NCBI GenBank assembly: GCA_964615335.1 | Contig: CAZTMT010000012.1 | Coordinates: forward strand, 21,962-85,961 | Direction of reading: 5' to 3' | DNA from: an uncultured Clostridia bacterium | Lineage (GTDB): Bacteria > Acidobacteriota > Blastocatellia > HR10 | DNA length: 64,000 nt | In this document: positions 58,127-64,000 of the stretch, piece by piece | How the letters are laid out: every line of letters starts with the position of its first letter | How positions within the stretch are numbered: position 1 is the stretch's first letter | Notes under the pieces: model-generated | What the model saw: the letters and a program-made list of their open reading frames with translations, nothing else | Told to the model about the DNA's origin: nothing | Database searches by the model: none | Made by a program: the position numbers and the translations under genes

Positions 58127-58872
58127 ACAGATGGGTTCCCTGGGGCATCGCTCACCGTCCGAGCGATGACAAACCCGTAGACGGCACGTGCGCCCGCACG
58201 CCGCACGACGCGGGCGCACTCGTTCAGCGTCGCTCCGCTCGTATAGACATCGTCCACAAGCAGGACGATCCGCCCCCGGATCCGCTCCAGGAGCGCGACG
58301 GCGAAACAGTCGGCGACACTGCGCGCGCGCGCCACGGCATCCGCTCCCGCGCGATGAGGCTCGGTGTATTTCACGCGATGCAGAATCCCTTCTCCCTCAG
58401 GACGACCGAGCGTCCGGGCCACTTCCTGGGCCAGAAGTCTCGCTTGATTATACCCCCGTTCTCGAAGCCGTCGCGGATGGAGCGGAACGGCGAGGATGAC
58501 CTCGACATCCTGCAGCGCGGGCTCCTGCCGCAGCGTCTCGCGGATCTTCTCCCGCAAGCGCTGACACACGTACGGCTGCCTCTTCAAAAAGAGAAGATGC
58601 GCGCGCAAGACCCCCTCATAGGGGCCAATGAACCACAGACGATCGAGCACCATCTCGCGGCACGCCGGACACTGAGCCGAAGGGGTGCTCGTCAGAGCCT
58701 GACACCGAAGACACCGGGGGCTTCTCCGCGCGCCCTCCAGAGAAGCCCAGCACGCGGCACAGGTGATCCCATCAGCGAGCGAATCCACAGGATCCCCGCA
58801 CACCGCGCACGGCCAGGGGAGGATCACACTCAGGAGAGCATCGGCGAGAAACCGTCCTCCACCCAAGCGCAT
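58114..58872 (-). CDS. comF: ComF family protein (phosphoribosyltransferase domain, competence-associated)
   Basis: N-terminal double zinc-ribbon (CAVCG...CAAC...CLRC...CPAC). C-terminal PRTase motif LLVDDVYTSGATL. Confidence 0.8.
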   Translation of the reverse strand: MRLGGGRFLADALLSVILPWPCAVCGDPVDSLADGITCAACWASLEGARRSPRCLRCQALTSTPSAQCPACREMVLDRLWFIGPYEGVLRAHLLFLKRQPYVCQRLREKIRETLRQEPALQDVEVILAVPLHPRRLRERGYNQARLLAQEVARTLGRPEGEGILHRVKYTEPHRAGADAVARARSVADCFAVALLERIRGRIVLLVDDVYTSGATLNECARVVRRAGARAVYGFVIARTVSDAPGNPSVQRD

Positions 58873-58884
58873 CGCCCCATCGGC

Positions 58885-59139
58885 TCAGCTCGCGTGATCT
58901 TCTTCTAAGAGAGGCTTCTGAAAGAAAGCGCGGTACAAGGACTCCGCCCGCTCCCAATCCGGTTCCGCGACAAACAGAAGGATCGGTTGAGCGCCGCTGA
59001 CAACGCCCAGGGGATCGCTCGTGCCACTGAGAACCACCGCGATTCCCTCGCGCTGGAACAGCTCGCGCACCATCTCGGCCTCAACGGCCGAGGTGAATTG
59101 GGCGAAGAGGAGGAACCGAACGCCCTCATGCTCTTTCAT
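58885..59139 (-). CDS. DUF2007 domain-containing small protein
   Basis: 84 aa with SD GGAGGAAGA. The ...LFAQFTSAVEAEMVRELFQREGIAVVL... fold is typical of DUF2007. Confidence 0.55.
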   Translation of the reverse strand: MKEHEGVRFLLFAQFTSAVEAEMVRELFQREGIAVVLSGTSDPLGVVSGAQPILLFVAEPDWERAESLYRAFFQKPLLEEDHAS

Positions 59140-60002
59140 TCTTCCTCCGGGCTCATCCACTCTCCTCGGAAAAGGACCTCGGCCGATCCCTCGACGAGAA
59201 TGCGGCCCTCCGGTCGCCACCGGACCCGAAGCGATCCCGCGAGCGTGTGCACCCAGGCTTCTCTCTGAGCGAGCCCGTTGAGCACCGCGGCCACAAGAGC
59301 GGCCGACGCGCCCGTCCCTGAGGAGAGCGTCTCTCCGACGCCTCGCTCCCACATCCGCAGTTCGAGGTTCTCGCGATCCCGAACGCGCACGAACTCCACA
59401 TTGGTGCGCTCGGGAAAAAGAGGATGGCGCTCGATGGAAGATCCGACCTCTGGCACATTCACCGAGGCGAAATCCTCCACGAATACCACGCAATGAGGAT
59501 TCCCCAAAGAACACGCCGTCACAGGGATCTCGCGATCCCGAACGCGAAGGGGAAATCCGACGACTTGCGATCGCGGGGGATGGAGGGCCATCGGGATGGC
59601 TTCGCTCGCCAACGCGGGCTCCCCCATGTCGCTGAGGAATTCAAAGCGCGTCCCCTCCTGGCGAAGGCATTCGAGCACTCGTACTCCCGCCCGAGTCTGA
59701 ATTCGAACCTGCGTTTCCGACCAGCGCCCGGTGAAAAACACATAGGCCGCCAGACAGCGCAGACCATTGCCGGAAATCTCCGCCTCCGTCCCATCCGCGT
59801 TCCAGAGGCGCATCTGGAAGTCCGCCTCCGATCCCGCCGGGAGGGGAGAGACGAGGATCACCCCATCTGCCCCCACGCCGACATGGCGATGGCACCACCG
59901 AGCGATCTGACGAGCCGAGATCTCCGACGTCCAGAGATCCTCCCGAGCGACGATGAGAAAATCATTGCCCAGAGCGTGAAGTTTATAAAATGGTACCGAC
60001 AT
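59136..60002 (-). CDS. dapF: diaminopimelate epimerase
   Basis: FYKLHALGNDFLIV N-terminus. Two catalytic Cys blocks (SGNGLRC and SLGNPHCVVFV). Confidence 0.9.
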   Translation of the reverse strand: MSVPFYKLHALGNDFLIVAREDLWTSEISARQIARWCHRHVGVGADGVILVSPLPAGSEADFQMRLWNADGTEAEISGNGLRCLAAYVFFTGRWSETQVRIQTRAGVRVLECLRQEGTRFEFLSDMGEPALASEAIPMALHPPRSQVVGFPLRVRDREIPVTACSLGNPHCVVFVEDFASVNVPEVGSSIERHPLFPERTNVEFVRVRDRENLELRMWERGVGETLSSGTGASAALVAAVLNGLAQREAWVHTLAGSLRVRWRPEGRILVEGSAEVLFRGEWMSPEEE

Positions 60003-60008
60003 GGCTTT

Positions 60009-60365
60009 TCATCCCGGAGGCCATCTCAGAGGACGCCCTCCCAGGACATGGAGATGGAGATGAAAGATGCTCTGCCCCGCCCGTGGCCCCGTATTGATGA
60101 CGACGCGATACCCGTCTTCCGCGATGCCCACCTGATTGGCCACCTTCGAGGCGATCCGCAGCATGTGCCCGAGCACCCCCTCATCCTGAGGAGACGCATC
60201 GTTCAGGGAATCCATGTGCTCGCGGGGGATGATCAAAATGTGCCACGGCGCTTGCGGATTGATGTCTTTGAAGGCGACGACCTGGTCGTCCTGGTAGAGA
60301 ATCTCCGCCGGATGATCTCCGCTCGCGATACCACAAAAGACACAGGCGAATTCACGCTCGCTCAT
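60009..60365 (-). CDS. HIT family protein (histidine triad nucleotide-binding, Hint-like)
   Basis: CVFCGIA...AFKDINPQAPWHILIIPREH...HLHLHVLGG histidine triad. Confidence 0.85.
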   Translation of the reverse strand: MSEREFACVFCGIASGDHPAEILYQDDQVVAFKDINPQAPWHILIIPREHMDSLNDASPQDEGVLGHMLRIASKVANQVGIAEDGYRVVINTGPRAGQSIFHLHLHVLGGRPLRWPPG

Positions 60366-60485
60366 CTCCGCATCTCCGCGCGCCGCCGCGTCGCGACGGC
60401 GCATAAGGCGATATCTTCACACGAAAGAACTATTCTCCCACATCTCGTCCGGAGAGGAAAGGGCGAAGCCCTCTCAAACGGGCGC

Positions 60486-61346
60486 TCATTGCTCGCGCTG
60501 AAGCACGAGCGTGCGCTCGATCCCTTGCAGGTCGCGCTTGACCTCGAGGACTCGCCACGTTCGGGGATCAATCTGCTCCCGCAAGGAGGGATATTGCCCG
60601 TATCCCATCTCGCAGATGAGATACCCGCCGGGCTTCAAGAACTTCGGGCTTTGCGCCAGAAGCCGCCGTTGAATGCAGGAGGCCTCTCGTCCGGCGACCA
60701 GAGCCCGTCGGGGCTCATAGTCTCGAACCTCGCGCGGGAGCCGGGGGAACTCCGACTCCGAGATATAGGGCGGATTGGAGACGATGACGTCGGCCACCGG
60801 AGGAGGGGTTCTCTCCTCGAGGGCCGAGAAGAGATCGCTCACGAGGAATTCGATCCGCTCTCGAACGCCATGCCGCTCGGCATTTCGCCGGGCCACGGCC
60901 AGAGCCGCCGGCGAAATATCCAGAGCGAGAACGCGCACATGGGGCAAGTGCACAGCCAGTGTCACGGCCAAACAACCCGAGCCCGTTCCCACATCCACGA
61001 TCAGACGATCGGACGCTGTCGTCCGCTCTAGGGCAGCCTCCACGATCAACTCCGTCTCCGGACGGGGGATCAGGACATCCGGGGTGACCCAGAAGTCCAG
61101 TCCGAAGAACTCCTGATGCCCGGTGATGTACTGAAGCGGCTCTCCGCGCGCCCGCCTCTCGACGCTCTGGCGAAAGCGTTCCCACATCGGTTCAGCGATC
61201 ACCTCTTGGGGTCGCGTGAGGACGTAGAGGAAGTCCTTCTGCAGAATATGAGCGAGCAATGTCCCCGCGGTGCGCCACGGCTCTTCCACGTGCGCCCGTT
61301 CGAGGCGCTCTCGCGCCCACTGCAGGGCCTGATGGATCGTGGGCAT
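60486..61346 (-). CDS. prmC: peptide chain release factor N5-glutamine methyltransferase PrmC/HemK
   Basis: VDVGTGSGCLAV SAM motif and IVSNPPYI (NPPY) motif. Start at the internal ATG (MPTIHQAL). Confidence 0.85.
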   Translation of the reverse strand: MPTIHQALQWARERLERAHVEEPWRTAGTLLAHILQKDFLYVLTRPQEVIAEPMWERFRQSVERRARGEPLQYITGHQEFFGLDFWVTPDVLIPRPETELIVEAALERTTASDRLIVDVGTGSGCLAVTLAVHLPHVRVLALDISPAALAVARRNAERHGVRERIEFLVSDLFSALEERTPPPVADVIVSNPPYISESEFPRLPREVRDYEPRRALVAGREASCIQRRLLAQSPKFLKPGGYLICEMGYGQYPSLREQIDPRTWRVLEVKRDLQGIERTLVLQREQ

Positions 61347-61372
61347 GGAGGGGGGAAGAGGGAATTGTGCCT

Positions 61373-61873
61373 TCACGAACTCGCTCGGAAGCTCCGCGCG
61401 ATGAGATCCAGACGGTTCCGCGTCGAGCGGATGATCTCCGGGCGTCCTTCGAACTGCAGGACGTAGAGGGTCGTCTCATCGGTCTTGAAGTAGTAATATC
61501 GTGCGGCCCGCTTCTGTCCTCGCCGCGTGAACTCGAAGTTGAAGACGACGCTCTCCGGATACACGCCTCCGAAGGATTCAAGAGCCCCGCGAAGGAAACC
61601 GGGACGGAAGCGCAACGAGATCTCTTCCTGCTGCTCGGCGAAAGCGCGAGGAGACGTTCCCGGCTCGACCGGGAACCGGCGGATGCGGAGCACGCCATCC
61701 TCGCTGCTCCCGTAGACGATGTCGGTCACCGTATTGCCCGCTCCATCTCGATAGGTCACCGGTTCCCATCGGTCCCGCAGCACAAGCTCATACCGCCCTT
61801 CCGGATCCCGAAAGGGGCGCTCTTCGGGAGCCTGCAGGGCGAAAGCCAGAGCGGAAAGGATCAGGAGAATCAT
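61373..61873 (-). CDS. hypothetical secreted protein
   Basis: Signal peptide MILLILSALAFALQA. No recognised motifs. Coding-like composition; tightly packed between prmC and rph. Confidence 0.45.
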   Translation of the reverse strand: MILLILSALAFALQAPEERPFRDPEGRYELVLRDRWEPVTYRDGAGNTVTDIVYGSSEDGVLRIRRFPVEPGTSPRAFAEQQEEISLRFRPGFLRGALESFGGVYPESVVFNFEFTRRGQKRAARYYYFKTDETTLYVLQFEGRPEIIRSTRNRLDLIARSFRASS

Positions 61874-61887
61874 AACGCCCCAGTGCC

Positions 61888-62670
61888 TCAGACGTGCTCC
61901 GGGACGGCGGAAGCCGACCCCATCAGCTCCCCGAGGACGGATCGCTGGATCTGGATCACCTGAGCCACTCCCTGACGTGCCAGTTCGAGCAAGTGGCGGA
62001 GTTGCTCCTCGGTGAACGGTTCGCTCTCGGCCGTCCCTTGAATTTCGACGAATCGGCCATCGCCGGTACAGACGACATTCATATCCACGGCGGCGCGGCT
62101 ATCCTCGTCGTATCGGAGGTCCAGAAGCGGTCTCCCCTCCACGATTCCCACGCTGACCGCTGCGACGTAATCGCGCACGGGCCATTGGGTGATCACCCCA
62201 GTCTCGTAGAGGCGGCGCACGGCGAAGACCAGGGCGACGAACGCCCCGGTGATCGAAGCCGTTCGCGTTCCCCCATCGGCCTGAAGGACATCGCAATCAA
62301 TGAGGATCGTCCTCTCGCCGAGCTTCTCCAGATCCACGACAGCGCGCAAGCTGCGCCCGATCAACCGCTGGATCTCCTGCGTGCGTCCGGAAGGCTGAGT
62401 GCGCGCCGTCTCGCGCGGCGTGCGCGTCTCGGTCGCCCGCGGCAACATGGCATATTCCGCCGTGATCCACCCCTTGCCCGTGCCGCGCAGGAAGGAGGGG
62501 ACGCGCTCCTCCACGCTCGCCGTACAGATGACCTTGGTGTCACCACATTCGATCAGGACCGACCCTTCGGGGAATTTGAGGAAATCGGGGATGATCCGAA
62601 TCGGGCGCAACATATCCGGGCGACGTCCATCGCTCCGGAGAAGTGTCTCTGGCACATGCTCCTCTCCCAT
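61888..62670 (-). CDS. rph: ribonuclease PH
   Basis: [15 protein letters not shown]..., ...[20 protein letters not shown]..., ...[18 protein letters not shown]... are highly conserved in RNase PH. Confidence 0.9.
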   Translation of the reverse strand: MGEEHVPETLLRSDGRRPDMLRPIRIIPDFLKFPEGSVLIECGDTKVICTASVEERVPSFLRGTGKGWITAEYAMLPRATETRTPRETARTQPSGRTQEIQRLIGRSLRAVVDLEKLGERTILIDCDVLQADGGTRTASITGAFVALVFAVRRLYETGVITQWPVRDYVAAVSVGIVEGRPLLDLRYDEDSRAAVDMNVVCTGDGRFVEIQGTAESEPFTEEQLRHLLELARQGVAQVIQIQRSVLGELMGSASAVPEHV

Positions 62671-62676
62671 GGGCCT

Positions 62677-63129
62677 TCAATGCTTCTCGGAGAATCCCTG
62701 CTCGCGCTCCACCTCGGCGGCAAGCTCGTCGGCCTGAGCGCGCAATTCGGCGAGCGCGGCTTCGAGGCTATCGGCCTCAAAGGCCGCGACCTTCACGCGC
62801 TGCTCCAGATCGGCGATATTCTGTTCCAAACGCCGCTGCCAGGCCTCCAATTCGGCGAGCATGCGCTCTTCCTCAGGAGTGAGCGCGCTTGTGGGGGATT
62901 CCTCCATCCGTTTTCGGATGCGCTGGATCAACTCCATAGTCCGCATGCGAATATCGAGGCTCTCCCGACGGTGTCCTTCCAGCTCCTGGCGCATGCGGGC
63001 GAGCCTCTCCATGAGCCGCTTCCGCACGCCGATGAGCCGCTCCAGTTCACTCTGAAGCTCGGCCAGCCGTTCGAGCTTGGAGATCCTCTCCTCGTTCCGT
63101 GGCGCTGCAGAGAAGAGATCATCGAACAT
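62677..63129 (-). CDS. hypothetical coiled-coil protein (Glu/Arg/Leu-rich)
   Basis: 150 aa, heptad-like ELERL/ELAAE repeats, no Cys/His motifs. Lies between rph and ssrA. Confidence 0.4.
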   Translation of the reverse strand: MFDDLFSAAPRNEERISKLERLAELQSELERLIGVRKRLMERLARMRQELEGHRRESLDIRMRTMELIQRIRKRMEESPTSALTPEEERMLAELEAWQRRLEQNIADLEQRVKVAAFEADSLEAALAELRAQADELAAEVEREQGFSEKH

Positions 63130-63151
63130 GGTCGCTGACCCGATGAAAAAA

Positions 63152-63510
63152 TGGTGGAGGTGAGCGGAATCGAACCGCTGTCCGAGGGTCCTTCCGCGCG
63201 AGGCTTCTACATGCTTAGTCGCCTTTCGATACCGTCGTCGCGCGAGGAGGCGAGGCGACGCGCGCCTCGCGCGACCCGATCGGCTTCAGAAGTCATTCGC
63301 GCGCGCCGATCTCTCGCGCGAACCGAGCCCGTTTGGGTCGCCGCTTCCATCCTCACCCACGGGCGAGGCGAGGGGAAGCGAGGCCGCTATCACGCGGCCT
63401 GGGCGTACTGCACGTTGGCAGTTGTTTTTTCCCGTGCTTCTTTCGGGCCAGCACGGTGCCCGGCATGCTCCTCGTCGCCTCACGACCCCCGTCGAACCCC
63501 TATCACCCCC
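63152..63510 (-). ncRNA. ssrA: transfer-messenger RNA (tmRNA, SsrA)
   Basis: Minus-strand transcript 5'-GGGGGUGAUAGGGGUUCGACGGGGG...GGACAGCGGUUCGAUUCCGCUCACCUCCACCA-3'. tRNA-Ala-like acceptor stem with G3:U70 and a T-arm GGUUCGAUUCC. Conserved 5' UUCGACGGG box and encoded CCA. Internal tag ORF GCC AAC GUG CAG UAC GCC CAG GCC GCG UGA UAG. Confidence 0.85.
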
Positions 63511-63580
63511 AAACCACGAGCAATTGTATCACCCCAGGGCGAAGGCGGTCAATGCACTCTCTCCAGACTCCTGAGAACGC

Positions 63581-64000
63581 TCAGAAGTGAATCTCCTCCT
63601 CCTCGAAATCGGGCGTCTCGATCTGAATCGTCACATGCTCGATCCCATAGGCTTCCTTCAGCTTCACCCGCAAGGCTTGCAGGATCTCTTTGGGCGAAGC
63701 CCCTTCATCGGCCAAGATGACATGCGCGCTGAGGGCCTCCTTCCCCGAGGTGATCGTCCACACATGGAGATCGTGGACATCGTGGATCCCCGGCACGTCG
63801 CGAATCAAGCGTTCGACAGCGGCGATATCAATGTGCGCGGGCGTCGCCTCCATGAGGACGTTGACGGACTCCTTGAGCAGCCGCCACGCGCACACGATGA
63901 TCAATCCGGCTGTCAAAAAGCTGATGGCCGGATCAGCCAGATACCACTGCTTCTTCCAGATGAGTCCTCCAGCTACAAGAGCACCCAGAGATCCCAACAT
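63581..64000 (-). CDS. cation diffusion facilitator (CDF) family metal efflux transporter, C-terminal part (5' end beyond window)
   Basis: The last TM helices plus the cytoplasmic CTD (...DVHDLHVWTITSGKEALSAHV..., ...IEHVTIQIE...) are typical of CzcD/ZitB/FieF. Confidence 0.8.
   Translation of the reverse strand: MLGSLGALVAGGLIWKKQWYLADPAISFLTAGLIIVCAWRLLKESVNVLMEATPAHIDIAAVERLIRDVPGIHDVHDLHVWTITSGKEALSAHVILADEGASPKEILQALRVKLKEAYGIEHVTIQIETPDFEEEEIHF

Noticed and set aside
63130-63560. Genomic-island integration at the tmRNA 3' end
   Set aside because: No integrase, no direct repeat of the ssrA 3' terminus, and the adjacent genes (coiled-coil protein, rph, prmC, dapF) are core housekeeping with native-like GC.

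Overview
This is a high-GC (~65%) bacterial chromosomal segment with dense gene packing and no recognisable mobile elements or CRISPR arrays. Gene content points to Acidobacteria: three TIGR03436-type secreted VWA-domain proteins, a ~1100-aa TonB-dependent receptor with an N-terminal CarboxypepD_reg-like domain, and a tonB-exbB-exbD-exbD-TPR cluster. I call about 59 protein genes plus one tmRNA (ssrA). Housekeeping content includes mnmA (3' fragment), glyQS, cca, tgt-yajC-secD-secF, rel-ridA, rpmB, dapF, prmC, rph, plsC and leuB-family. The rest is accessory and consists of the following groups. (a) Many secreted peptidases: M28, two M20, M14, an AstE/AspA-like hydrolase, DJ-1, and GATase1. 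(b) A minus-strand string encoding a fused tandem TetR, a TonB-dependent receptor, an aldehyde dehydrogenase, an alpha/beta hydrolase and a Zn-ADH. This is the best candidate for an uncharacterised uptake and catabolism locus. (c) A string of apparently degenerate proteins: an alpha/beta hydrolase with Ser->Ala at the nucleophile, a bEBP/NtrC-like regulator lacking GAFTGA and the Walker B Asp, and a TonB-C-like membrane protein, all directly upstream of a tyrosine phenol-lyase/tryptophanase gene. (d) Split FO-synthase genes cofG/cofH, implying F420/FO cofactor biosynthesis. (e) Three VWA paralogs, two carrying DUF4097-like N-terminal domains. One of these has an anomalous start region: no canonical start codon in frame for 420 nt, and an ATG displaced by one base. 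(f) A short GC-hairpin repeat cluster next to a gene remnant. Long antisense ORFs typical of high-GC DNA were rejected. All functional assignments rest on motif and family recognition by eye. No database searches were run.
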